From Prasinococcaceae sp. CCMP 1430 (Eukaryota > Plantae > Prasinodermophyta), in the NCBI GenBank assembly GCA_013416795.1, contig RQSC01000029.1:385124-449123 (forward strand): 64,000 nucleotides of DNA, written 5' to 3'. Within the stretch, counting starts at the first letter, position 1, and each line of letters starts with the position of its first letter. The notes under the pieces were generated by a model. It ran no database searches and was not told where the DNA came from. It saw only the letters and a program-made list of their open reading frames with translations. Below, one piece after another: positions 11,760 through 23,775 of the stretch. The position numbers and the translations under genes were made by a program.

Positions 11760-12600
11760 CGCGCGCCGCGCGCCGAGCGAGGAGTGAGTGGTCGGAGCGT
11801 TTCGCCCAGGGGATGCGCCACGCCACGCCGCCCCGAGTCGCGCCGCTCCCACCCACCCACCCACCCCACCTACACTCACCCGCGCACCCGCGCACCCACC
11901 CACCCACCCACCCGCGCGCACTGTGGTGCTCGGGGAACGCGCGCCGCTGCTACCGCTACGGCCGTTCCCCGCCGCGCGCGCCCCGAAACGGGAGCCGCGC
12001 GCCCCCATCAAAACGCACTGCGCGCGCGGGGCGATGCGATTCGGCCCGGCGCCCGCCTTCCCACGATCTCACCCGGATGAAAGGTGGACACCCGCGGCGG
12101 GAGCGGCCCAACCCTCCTCCGTACATCCCAGAAATGACTGGGGAAACGAAGGGCGTCGCCGTCGACCGAAAGGAAGAAAGTCTCCTGTTCTTACAGTATC
12201 GATCGACTTCTTTGGTTGGTTGGTTGGTGCGGACCCTCGGAATTGATCCCAATGAAGGTCTGACCCAGGGCGGTAGCCTCCCACGTTGTCTTTTCGTGAG
12301 GGTGGAAATGATCCGAAAGTTGAGGGACGGCGGCGTCGATCGATCGGCGCTGGTTGGATGAAGGTTCGAGCGGGGGTCTCGGAGCGCGGAAAAAAAAAAG
12401 CCGCGCCCGCACTGGCAGTGCTGAGCGACCTGGCGTTGCGCGCGCGCGCGCGTGCGGGCTGGTGAGCGGCAGGGGTCGGGGGAAGGGGGAGGGGGGAGGA
12501 GCCGGCGCGGGTTTGGGGGAAGCAGGCGCCGGCAGCGGCTCTGCGATACGTCGAACGGGCCAGCCTGCCGCGCCGCGCGCGCACGTGCGCGGCGCGTTTC

Positions 12601-12899
12601 CACACGGTGCGCGACGGCGAGAGCCTCAGCAGCATCGCGTACAAAAACCGTGTCGACCTTGAGCAAGTGGAGGCAGACAACCCGATGGGAGACTACGACA
12701 TGATCTACCCAGGCCAGGTATGCGATGCCGGCGGTCTCCCCACGCCATGCGACCCCGCCTCCCCACAGCACTGGCACACGCGCGAGCAGCGCCGGCGAAC
12801 GGAGGCGCGCGCAGCTTGCGCCGAGCTGACGCGACCTGCTGCGCTTTGAATCGCCGCTCATACGTCGGTTCGGGCTGGGCCAGGTCGTCAGTCTGCCAG
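12601..12899 (+). CDS. LysM domain exons (12601-12717 and 16-nt microexon 12884-12899); 5' end unresolved
   Basis: HTVRDGESLSSIAYKNRVDLEQVEADNPMGDYDMIYPGQ/VVSLP fits the LysM consensus (HTVxxGDTLxxIA...I..GQ.L.IP). Confidence 0.8.
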
Positions 12900-12922
12900 G
12901 TGCGTGCCTGCGCCGCGCGTGC

Positions 12923-12931
12923 CCCCCCCCC

Positions 12932-12971
<40 letters not shown>
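12923..12971. repeat. Long poly-C tract
   Basis: About 49 nt of near-pure C; may be real or a sequencing artefact. Confidence 0.7.
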
Positions 12972-12972
<1 letters not shown>

Positions 12973-13638
12973 GGCGGCGGCCGCCCCGCGCCCGCCGCCC
13001 CGCCGCGCTGTGTTTTCTCTCGCGCCCCCGAGCGCCGGCGACCTCGCTCGCGATCGGGGCGGAGCGCGTCCTGTGCAGCGGGGTTGCGCCAAACTTAGGG
13101 TTGAAACATCGAAGCATTTTAAATTCATGATACCCGCGTATGCAGGGTTTATTTATTTACGGCGCTAGCGCGCTCTCTCTTTCTCTCTCGCGCGCGCGGT
13201 GTGATGACAGGGGAAAACAAAAAAAAAAGGGGTACGTGCGATGCATTTTGATGTACTGTACCGCATTGTGTTTTTTTACACCAATTCAAGGAAAATAAAG
13301 TTGGTTTGGGTGGGGGACGGCTTGGCCTGGCCGGTGCGGCGACCGCCTCCCGCCCGCGCCCGCCGCGCGCCTGTGCGCTGCCGCTGCTGCTGCGCCTGCT
13401 CTGCCTGCCGCTGCGCCCCGCGCCCTGCGCGGCGCGCACCACCACACACGTTGGTCCATCGGTCGGTTGGGGGCCGCGCCCGCAGCCCTGACCACGCATC
13501 CGCCGGCGTGGCTTGGCGGGGCCATGGGATGTAGTGCGCGCCCTCCGCCCCCCCCCCCCCTTCCCTCCGCGCGCGCGTGAACCTCGAGCGTCGATCGTGC
13601 GAGGCAGCCGCTGACGCCGGGCGCGGCCGCTTTGACAG

Positions 13639-14360
13639 GCGCAGCCCCTTACACAGACGTGAGCGGGCTCGTTCCGCTCCTCGCGGTCGCCGCCGCGGTG
13701 GTGTGGGAAAGGAGGACAGGTGGCAGCACCGGTATCAGGGCGGCCGCGGCTGATGCGCTTAAGAAGGCGAAAACAGCTATTACCTCTGCCGCGTCCTCCG
13801 TCAAGGATCGCTTACCCAAGGGGGACGGGAGCACTGGCGGCGGTGGCGACGTCAAGGCGGCCGCGGCTGATGCGCCCAAGCAGGCGAAGGCAGCTATCGC
13901 CTCAATCTTTTCGAACCTCAAGGGGCTCTTACCCAAAGGGGGGCCGAGCAAGGGCGGTGGTGACGCGAAGTCGATCGCCGCTGCCGAGGCCAAGCGAGAC
14001 AGAGCCGCCGCAGAGGCCACGGAAGCCGCTCAGGTCTTTCTGTCCAAGTCGGACGAGGTCGCGACCAGCACTGCGGCAATGAAAATCGCCAGCGACAGCG
14101 AAGACGAGGGCGAAGGAGAGGCCAAGACCGCCTCCACTTCCGCCTCCTCCGCCAAGTACACGCCCAAGAAGAACATGTGGGTCGTAACCAGCGCAACGGC
14201 AACCAGTTCCATTCCGGCAACGAGAGCCGGTAGCAACAGAGCGGGCCAGACCGCCTCTGCTTCCGCCTCATCCGCCACGCCGCAGAAGAAGGACATGTGG
14301 AAGCCAGTGGCCTTCTTCGCTGGACTGGCCGCGCTCGCGGGCCTTTCGGTGGCAAAATAG
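13639..14360 (+). CDS. Terminal exon: hydrophobic helix, internal repeats and C-terminal TM anchor; possibly the 3' part of the LysM gene
   Basis: Preceded by GCTGAC branch point and TTGACAG acceptor, phase-compatible with the LysM microexon. Repeats AAAADA.K.AK.AI...K..LPKG and TAS.SASSA...KK.MW; ends PVAFFAGLAALAGLSVAK*. Confidence 0.65.
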
Positions 14361-14597
14361 AGCGCACGTGTGCGCGCATCCCCCCGCCCCCACCCCAACA
14401 CCCTTTCTCTCCCACTCCCAGAGCGGCGCTGTATACTCTCTGGCTGCCGCTTTGGCGCAGACTCAGGTTTAGCTCTCCGGCTCGAAGCCCTTCCGCTTGC
14501 GCTGTTAAGAACACGCTACCACACAACGTTGACAACGCCTGATTACAACATATGATTACAACAACACACACGAGTTGGACGGGCCGTCATCCTCATG

Positions 14598-17500
14598 CTA
14601 GTCTTCATCGATGGCATCGCCCGTGCCAGAGGGGTTGCCATCCGGCTCGCCGCCCATGAGTGTGCGCGCGAATGCCGCGCCAAATGTCGTGGAGGTGCCG
14701 CGTCCGCCGCCAAGCACAGCGAGCGCGGCGCCCTCGTCCTCGTCCTCGTCCGATGTCGCCTGTGAACTTGGGGGGGCGGCAGCGCGTGCGGCGAGCATGC
14801 GCTCCTCAACGGTGCCGCGCGCGTACAGCGTGATGAGCTCCACTTGTTCCGTCTGGCCGATGCGGTGGCAGCGCGCGAGCGCCTGTGCCTCCGCGCCAGC
14901 CGAGGCGAAGGGCTACATTGCCCGCCACGCGCAACGACACAGCAGCAGGCGCGCGCGCCCGCGCCCGCCCGCATGCGCTGGTCAGTGCACTTGTCTAGCT
15001 CGGCATACCCCATGCAGCGCACGACCGCTGCAGGCGTGCGCGCCCTCCGGGCGGCGTCGTCTGCCGCAACGCACCTCGAGCAGCACCACGCACGACGCGG
15101 TCGTCAGCGTGAGCCCCGCGGCAGCAGCACTGCCGTGAAGCGCGAGCGCGACGCACGCCGGATCAACGTTAAAGCGACTCACGGCCCGCGCGCGCTCCGC
15201 GGCACTCACGCCGACTGTCAGCACCGCGCAGCCGAGCCCCACCGACCCGATCTCCTCAGAGGCCGCCCGAACCGCCTCGGGGTACTGCGAAAACACCACC
15301 ACCTTGTGTCCTTCCTCGGCGACGCGCGTTACGATCCTCAGCAGCTCGGTGCGCTTCGACCCGAGCATGCTTCCCAGGTTGAGCTGCGCGTGCGCTGCCA
15401 TGAACAGGGGGGGAAGCGAAGGGTAGCGCGCGTTGCGCGTCGGAACCCCACCTGGGAGCTCAAGTTGCCCGAGGCCCTCCTCAGTCGCAGCAGGAGTGTG
15501 TCGCGGCGGCGCATCGCCGTCATCTTCATCTGCACTAGGTGCAGCGGCACCCGCGCCGTTGCCACTGCAGCCTGCACCAGCGCCGCCACTTCCCGCGCCG
15601 TCGCTGCTCTCACGATTCACAGCGTCCTGGTCTGGCGGCAACAGCTTGATGAGGGACGCTCGAGTGAATGGCTTTCTGCACAGCGGGCAGGGCGCCTCAC
15701 CGCTCGACGTCGAGCCAGTCAAAACGGGCGCGGCATCCAGCCAGCGCAGGATGCAGCCCGCGCATGCCAGGTGCACGCACGCCGTAGTGACCGTGCCATC
15801 GCGCGGCAACTCGCCGTGGCAGATCATGCAGCTGGGCACCTCCTTCTGCTCCATGAAGGCGTGGATGCCTGCAAAACCGCTTTGCTCGATTGTCGTGGAG
15901 AGCATTGCGTCCTCTCCCATTGCATCCGCTGCGAGGCGCAGGCGATGGATGTAAGGGCTGAGTGCCGCAAGCGCGGACTCGCTCTCGTCGACATCGGCAG
16001 CGAGAACCTTGGCCTGCCTGCGCAGCTCAGAGTGTAGCTCGCGAGCGCGCTTGTGCCCAGCCTTGGAAGATGTGTCGCTGAGCAAGATGCGGGCCATGAC
16101 GCCCGCTGGGCATCGCGCGAGGACCGCTGCGAGTGCCACGCGCGCCTCGTTCGTGGCACTGTAGTCCTTTGATTTGCGAGCCTCGACGGCGGCGGCGGCG
16201 ACAGCGTGCTCGCAGCGCTTGGCCTCGGCGCGCAATGCCGCTCCCACCAGCGCCCGCGGGCTCTGCCGAGCGAAGGATACAAGCGCGCAGCCGCAGGACA
16301 CCGCCTCAGCGGCGAACTGCCATCGCACCCGAGGCAGTGCAGAGCGCGCGCGCGCGGCAATGCCCTTGTAGTGTCTTTCTCGCTCCTCAGCGGACGCAAG
16401 CCTCTCTGCCACCGTCGGAAGTGCGCGTGCACGCGAGGCAGCGAAGTTGTGCGTCTCGGCGTTCGCGTGTCGCACCATATCTGAGAAACCACTGCGCACC
16501 TTCATGGGACGCATGAGCTCCTGCAGTAGTCATTTTCACGTCGACGATGCAGGCGGCGCAACCAGTCGTGTCAACGGCGCGCATTCAATTTCTTGCAACA
16601 TACCTCTAGACTAGCGACTCGCTAGCAACTAGTACTAGGTACCAGTAAGCGATCCTGCTACTGCAGGGAAGAAAACACGAGCGAACAAGCGCGGTCGAGG
16701 TGAGGCAGCGCATGACGACCATCGCGCTAGAACATGAATCATGTCCGCTCTCCATGGCTGCTGACACCACTTACCTGCAGCGCCCTGTCGCAGGAGAGTG
16801 AACGTAGCGCACCCGTCGACAGGAGCATGCTCGCACCCAGTCCAGACGCGAGCCCGGCCCTCATTTCCACATCATCCGACTGTGATAGCAGCAGCGACCT
16901 CAGCATGCGGTCGCATCGGCCCAGGTGCGTGCAACGCCTGCTGCCGACAACGGCGGGGACGAAAGCCAGCGCGCTCCTGAGCAGCGCGACACACGCATCT
17001 GGAGAGGGCGCGCTCGGGTGGAGCGCATTTGCGCAGCCGCTGCTCGTGCCATGAAGAGCGAACGCCGCCGCCTCGAGGAGGTGGTAACAGAAGCGTTCTG
17101 CGGGCGCGAGCGTCACCGCGCGTAGCGTGCGGTGCGCGCGAGGTAGTTGTAGCAGCGGCTCTCCCGACAGCGTGCGCTGTGCCTTGGAGTGGCGCATCAT
17201 CACGCGAGCCAGCAGCTCTTTCAGCAGGTGCAGGGATGAAGTAGAAGACGTGCCCCGTCTAAAGTCAAAGTCACAACTCTTGTACTCGGACGCCACGCAT
17301 CTCCCCCAGAAACCATCCTCCGAGTCGGGCAGCGAGAAAGGCCACACGCCGAGGAACTTGAGCTCTCCATTGAGGTCATCGATTGAGTCGTACAGCGGAG
17401 TACCGCTGACTATCCAACGTCGAGCCGCGAGCATGCCCTCGCACACCTGCGCTAGCCGCGTCGTGTTGGAGCGAATCTCCTGACACTCTAAACACATCGC

Positions 17501-19343
17501 GCGCGCGTGTCAGCCGCGTGTGTGCACGCGCGCACGCGCACACATACACGCGCGCGAACATACCGTCGAGCACGATCCGGCGCCAGGCCACACGACGCAG
17601 GAGTGCGCTGCGCATGCCGCGCTGCTTCCCGCGCTGCGCGCCTGCTGCTTCCGCTTCGAGGGCGGCGTACGACGTCAGCACGAAGTCGTGCGTCGCAAGG
17701 CGCTCCGCCTCTGCTCGAAGCTTGGAGCCATCCTTGAATCCCCACGTGGGCGAACTGCGGTCGAAAGGGTCGTGAATCGCAACAGTCACTCCCGTTGCGC
17801 ACTTGGCTATCTCGCTGGCCCACTGTGCCACGAGCGTCAGTGGTGCCACCACGAGCGTTGCGCGGGACGACGCGAGCACCGCATTCATGCCACCGCCGCT
17901 CTTGCCCGCGGCCGTTAGTCCGGCTGCTTTGGCAGCGGCGGCGGCATGCTCGGTCGCGAGCCCAGGGTATCCCCTTCTTCTGTCCCAAAGCGACAGAGCC
18001 ACTATCTCAACGGTCTTGCCCAGGCCCATTTCCTCTGCCAGCAAACCACCGTGGCACACCGGCGGAGCGTCGAGCCGTAGCTCTCCTGCCATCGGAAAAG
18101 CCCAGCAGCACTCGGGCTGGTCAGCAGCCACCGCCCCGCCACGCGCGCGGTCGAGCCATTCTCGGCGCTCCCAGAGCGTCGCGTTCAACCCGCCTTCCAT
18201 GCTCTCCTGGTCGACCATCCACGCCAGTGTCTGCCTCTGATAGGGGAACAGTTCGATCGCGAGCCCATCGACTGCATCTCGCGGCATCTCGCGATAGCCC
18301 ACGTTTTCGCAGTGCTGCAGCAAGCCGCTTAGCGTGTATGGATCGGCGTCGAGCGCGCCTTTGCTGCGCGCGAATGTTGGCGCGTAAGAGGGCGGGGCGC
18401 GGGGGTGCATAAGAGGGGCAACAGGATTCAGCATCGTCAGGATGACCTTCAGATACTTCATGGCGATCAGCTCGAAGGAGAGCCGCGACAGGTACACGCG
18501 AATGTCGAGGGTTGTCCACGCGCATTCTGCGTCCTCATTGTCATCCTCAGGCATAGCCTCCTCGTTGTACTCGTGATCGTGCTCACCGCCTGCCTCCCCT
18601 TCGTGCTCATCCTCCTCTCCGTAAGCCACGCGGGCCCAGTCGTCGGGTGCAGGGATGATCACCCGCGCCATGGGCAGCTTCCACGGATACTCGAACGGGA
18701 GAACGAGCCCCGCACACGCATCTACGATTTGCATGTCGCGCTCGCTGATGCATGACACGGGTTGAGAGGGGTGGAACGAGTCCTGCAGCCGCCCCACGGG
18801 AACGAGCCCGCTGCCGCCGGGCTCGCCCTCCATGTTGTGGAAGATGCGACGCTCGAGCCTCCTCGCAACCTTGGACTTGCCCTGGCGCTCCAGCATGTCT
18901 GTGGCGCGCGTCGGCTCACACAGCCGCACCATCTCCGCCCGTGCATCGGCAAAGCGAGCTCTTTGGAGGCGTACCCGCACCTTGCCGACTGCGAACAGGC
19001 GATAGGCGTTGTAGGCATCGCCGCGTCGGTCGGCCGCGTCCTGCCCGGCTGCTCGGCCATGCCACGCACCCTCCGCTGGCGGCCCGCTCCCCTCGCCAAC
19101 CAGCTGCGCGGCGCTCGCCGTCGTCAGACGAATCGTGGCTGTGGCTGCGCACGGCGCTGCGGCGCGCCACGCCGCCGCGCCGCCATCGTGCTTGGCTTCC
19201 GCGGTCGCAGCCAGCACCGCGGCTGTCACAGCGGCGGACTCCGGGTCCGCGGGGTCCGCGCCCACGCCCACGCCCGCACCAACGCCCGCGCCCGTATCCT
19301 CCGCGCCGCGGCGCCTCTTGGCAAGAGCGCCTCCTCGCGCCAT
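14598..19343 (-). CDS. SNF2-family ATPase with RING finger (RAD5/SHPRH-like); exons 19343-17564, 17487-16775, 16520-15075, 14912-14598
   Basis: GGLLAEEMGLGKT (motif I), WRRIVLD/ECQ (II), WIVSGTPL (III), RING CMICH...CVHLACAGC...CPLCR, KVVVFSQY, AAGLTLT, QALARCHRIGQ (VI). Confidence 0.92.
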
Positions 19344-19655
19344 GAGGCCCGCCCCGCCACGCCCCACCGCGCGCGGTGTGGAGCTGGGTGGCGCACTGCT
19401 ACTGTATCTCTCTCCCTAGTTGTCCTCGCTGGTCGGGCGGGGTTGCAGCGGGTGCGGGGAGGCGCGGACTCGCGTGCGCCACACTGCAGCCCCAGGCCCC
19501 TAACACCTTCGCCCCGCGCGCGTGGTTGCTTGGCGCGGCGGGCTCCCAGCCGCGGGCCGCCGCCGCCTGCGGCTGCGGCTGCGCACGCCGCTGCTGCCGT
19601 CGAGCCCGCGTGGGCGCGGTTCGGCGGCGGCAGCGGCGCGCGCGGCGCGCACGCG

Positions 19656-20949
19656 ATGCGGCTGCAGGTGCTGCGCTCTCTTTGGGGAGTCGTGCGCGCC
19701 GATGGTGGCGCGCTGGGTGTCGGCGAGGCGCTTGAGCGCGCCGCGGCTGGTGGTGCGGCGGGCGTCGAGTGCTCGCTCGCGCTCGCACACCAGGTAGGGG
19801 CCAAGGACTTCCGTGACGCGCTGCGAGCCAACTGCCTGTCGTGGGTCCCGATCACGTTCAGCAGCGGGCCGCTGGGCACGCAGGAGGTCTTCTTGGAGGG
19901 CTCACCCCGTGCGAGCCACTGGAGCAGCCTCGCGGTGCACCGCGATGCGCTCGCGAGCAATGTCGCGTCGGCGCTCGACCTCGCGTCGAGCGGCGACATC
20001 CACGTGCCGCACGTGAACGTCCATCTGGGCCACGACTCCATGACTCACGACGAGGGTGTGGAGCTGCTTGGCGCGAGCTGCGACCTCTCCGAGCGCGCGG
20101 GCGTCGCCTTCGCCCACGAGACACACCGTGGACGCCTGACGTACTCGCCATGGAGGACACCGCTGCTGCTACGCGACGAACCGCGCGCGAGGCTACTCGC
20201 AGACTTCGCACACTGGGTGGTCGTCGCGGAGGCCGAGCCGGGCGACAGGCTGCTGGAGGCTGGCGTCAAGGTGCGGGGGCTGCGCGCGCGCGCGTGCGCG
20301 CGAGACGTGCGTGTGTGTGCGTGCGCGTCGCGCGCCGCACGCGAGGTGCGCCCATCGGCTTGGAAAAGGGCGCCCACGCGCTCGACATCGCGTGGGCTCC
20401 AAAGGCCAGCCGTAGATCCTTTTACCGCTCTGCTCTGCTCGTCCTTCTCGCTCGGGCGTGCTATGCTGCGTTGTCAACACTGACGAACAGGGGCATGCGC
20501 TCGCGCGCGCATCCGGGTGTGCCTGGACGCGTGCACCACGCGCCCGCGCACGGTCACGCACGGTCGCGCAGTCCGTGCTGTCCAAGTGCATCGCCTCGCA
20601 CGGCCGGATCGGTCACGCGCAGGCCTCGCAGGTTCCCCACCCGGCGGCGCCCGAGTGGGCCGCCGAGACCGCGCAGCAGTGCGGCTGGATAGAGGCCATA
20701 TGGCGCTCGCGGATGGGCGAGGGCGGCGCCGCGAGCGGCGGCGACGCCTGGTTTACGCCCGAATTCGGGCCGAGGCCCTACATGCCGGCGCTGCCGTTCA
20801 CGAACGCGCCGACCGCGGACCTCGACGAGTGCAATGACTGGATGGCAAAATGGGCAAGGGAGGCATTCGCTGAGCTGCTGGCCGAGAGCGCGGCGGGTGT
20901 CGCAGCCGCTAAGTCATCCTCGGCGGCGTGGAGGCCGCCATCGGTGTGA
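19656..20949 (+). CDS. Sugar-phosphate isomerase/epimerase-like TIM-barrel protein, bacterial type; intron 20271-20571
   Basis: LRSLWG start, HETHRGR, ADFAHW, HGRIG...QVPHPAAPEW, FTPEFGP.PY: metal-binding pattern of the xylose-isomerase-like TIM barrel family. Confidence 0.8.
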
Positions 20950-21401
20950 CCACGCTGGCGCGCTCGCTCGCTCGCTCACTCGGCGACGCATGGCATTGGT
21001 ATTCTTTGCTCAGCTCGCGCGCTGCGCGTTGCTTGCACTGCAGGCGACTGTACAGTACAAACTCAGACACTCAGCTCGGAAGCCCCCGGGGGCGATGCTG
21101 CTCGTCGCGCGAATGGCGCGCGAGCACGCGGCGCGCGCGCAAGGGACGCGCCAGCGCCGTTGGCGATGGTGGCGATTCGTTCGCTGCTCGTTACGCGGAT
21201 GCGCTCGTACGTGGTGCGGGCACGCTCCTCCTCGTCTCACAGCTCTCTGCTAGCTACAGGTTCGCAGGTGGTGACTTCCGAGCAGTGCAGCCGCGCCCGG
21301 AAGCCCGGTGGGGCGCGCACGCGCGGGCATCCGCTCCGTGTGTGTGCTCGGGCCTCTCTACCGTGCGTGGAGTTGGCCCCGCAGGTGACTCGCCGGCACG
21401 C

Positions 21402-21666
21402 CTCAGCTCACGCGCTGCACGCGATGCCCCGGCGCGCGGAAGCCGCTCGACTTGTTGACGTTGAGCGCTCCCGGCCCCGCGGTTGAGTAGTCCGACGCGC
21501 CGAAGGCCCCGTCGGCCTCGTGGAGCATCGCGACCTCCTGGGCTCCGTCGCCCTCTGCGGCCACGTCCGCGGCGGGCGCTGGCGCTGGCGTCGCCTTAGC
21601 TGCCTCCTTGCCCTTGTCACTTCCCGTTTTCGGGGGAGTGGGTTTGCCATCGTGGGCTGGGGCTCT
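21402..21666 (-). CDS. Low-complexity C-terminal coding fragment next to the N join at 21667
   Basis: Open frame DGKPTPPKTGSDKGKEAAKATPAPAPAADVAAEG...HRVQRVS* with coding-like codon usage; no family recognised; 3' limit approximate. Confidence 0.3.
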
Positions 21667-22099
21667 NGGCGGGCGAGAGCAGCGTGGTGTGACCCCTCTT
21701 CACCCTCCTGTGTCAACGCGCGCGCTCACAGAAACACGTTCGTAAGAATCCCAACCTGGACACCCAGTCAGCGCGAGAGCCACAGCGGCAAGTGTGCCTA
21801 CTCGCGCGAGCGAGAATGATGTTAGCGCGCCGCGCGCACCCGCGCGCGTTTCCCGCCCACGAAACGCGGTCGCCGCGCGGCGTGCGCTGAGTCAGCGCCC
21901 GGGCCGCATCGAGATCTTCGGACCCTTGCATCTATACCTAATGCAGCCGTGCACGTGAACCTAAACCCCGCAAAAGGGCTGGCTGGTGGGGCGGTGTGTG
22001 TGAGAGTGTGTGGGTGTTCGACTCGCGGCTTTCGCACTGATTTTGATGTGGCGTCCGCTGTTTGTGTGCGAGTGGAGCAGAGCGCGGGAGCGTCGCGCT

Positions 22100-23428
22100 G
22101 CGGTTGCCCACTCCCCACATCTTGAGGTCGGCGCTTGCCGCGCGCGCGCGCGCGGCGGCGGCGGCTGGCGCGGGACCGGCGGATGGGCTGGTCAGGTCGG
22201 AGGTTGTAGGGGGTGGCGTCGGGCTTATAACGCTCGCTCGTCCTAAGGTGCCGGCGCGCAGTACTCGCCGCAGCGTCCGCCGCGCTGCGCTGAGGCGCGC
22301 CCATGCGGGGAGGAGCACCGAGCGCCGAGCGCAATTGTTGCGCTTTTTCACGCGCGCTGACACACGCACCGTCCCGCTGCACACGCGCGCAGGCGCTCAA
22401 TGCGCTCAACGATTCGCTGATGACCGAGCTGATAGCTGCGATGCGCGCACACGACGCCGACGCCTCGGTGGGCTCAATCGTGCTGACGGGCGAGGGCAAG
22501 GCGTTCGCCGCTGGCGCGGATATCAAGGAGATGCAGCCCAAGACGTTCGCGGACGCCTCCAACAGTGCCATGCTCGAGTTCTGGGAGGTGCGGTAATGTG
22601 CACGGACGCGCCAAGGCGCAGCTGCTACGCACGAGGGCGCGCGCTACTGCCAACTCTTACAGCGCGTTGACGCTGTTGCAATTTGCTCCCGTGCTGTCAC
22701 GCCCGCTCGCACACCCCCTGGCGCGCCCGCGCGCGCATGTGCCCAGGCGGGTTTGGCCTCGATTCGCAAGCCGGTGGTGGCCGCAGTCCATGGCGTGGCG
22801 CTGGGCGGTGGCTGCGAGCTGATGATGATGTGCGACATCGCGTACGCCGCCGAAGGCACGCGATTCGGCCAGCCCGAGATCACGCTGGGCACCATCCCCG
22901 GTGCGGGCGGCACACAGAGGCTCACAAGGGTGCGTGCGAATGCTCGTGCGCGGGCTGCGTGCGCGCTTGAGCGTGCTGCCCGTGCGTGCAGGGATTGCCC
23001 TTGCCGCCAGCGCAAGCGCACACGTGGTCCGGCCCAAGTGTTGGCGCGCGGATGCTGACGCGGAAGTACGCACGGCTGCCGCGCGTGCGGACGCTCAGGC
23101 TGTGGGCAAGTCGCTCGCTATGGAGATGATTCTGGCCAATCGCTGGCTCGATGCGGACGAGGCCCTCCGCCACGGCCTTGTGTCCAAGGTGCTTCCCGCG
23201 GATGACCTCCTCCCCGAGTCACTCAAGCTCGCGCGCTCGATCGCGTCCTACTCGCAGCCGGCGGCGCGGCTGGCGAAAGAGTGCGTGAACTCCGCATACG
23301 AGTCGCCGCTGCAGGAGGGCCTGCGCCTAGAGCGCCGCAACTTCCACGCCACCTTCGCGCTCGCCGACCAGAAGGAGGGCATGAGCGCGTTCGCGGAGAA
23401 GCGCACGCCCACGTTCACGAATACGTAA
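22100..23428 (+). CDS. ECHS1: Mitochondrial short-chain enoyl-CoA hydratase (crotonase); introns 22248-22392, 22588-22746, 22930-23098; start unresolved
   Basis: [84 protein letters not shown]. Confidence 0.93.
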
Positions 23429-23775
23429 GAGCGCTCGCTTTGGGTCGCTTCGTGCCCAACGGTTGCGGCGCGCCGCGCTCCGGCCTGGCCGCTCGCGCGA
23501 CGGCGACACGACGCGTCACACGAAACGGCGCCACAGAGCGCACTTCGCGCGGGCTGGCGTCCCGCCGGCGCGCCGGGGCGCCAGAGCAGTGCGAGGAGGT
23601 CTTCGCCAGTCGCAGAGACGCTCGCCACGACCACTTCACGCAACAACACGCGCGCAGGCCGGCCGGCCGGCCGTGTGGGGGTCCTCCGGGGACGGGACAG
23701 GGGCCGCCGGGCGGTGTTCGAAGCGCGTTCTGCGTGCGAAGAGAGACAGGGGGACGGGGAGGGAGAGCGCACGCC

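Noticed and set aside
12170-12400. Possible RNase P/MRP RNA: GAAGGTCTGA and GAAAGTCTCC resemble CR-I, with some inverted repeats
   Set aside because: No complementary CR-V/P4 partner (TCAGAC or GGGGCT-type) at a plausible distance; needs an Infernal/Rfam search to revisit.
12923-12971. Poly-C tracts (also 54657-54713) as functional G4 elements
   Set aside because: Long homopolymers are a common sequencing/assembly artefact; cannot be trusted without raw reads.
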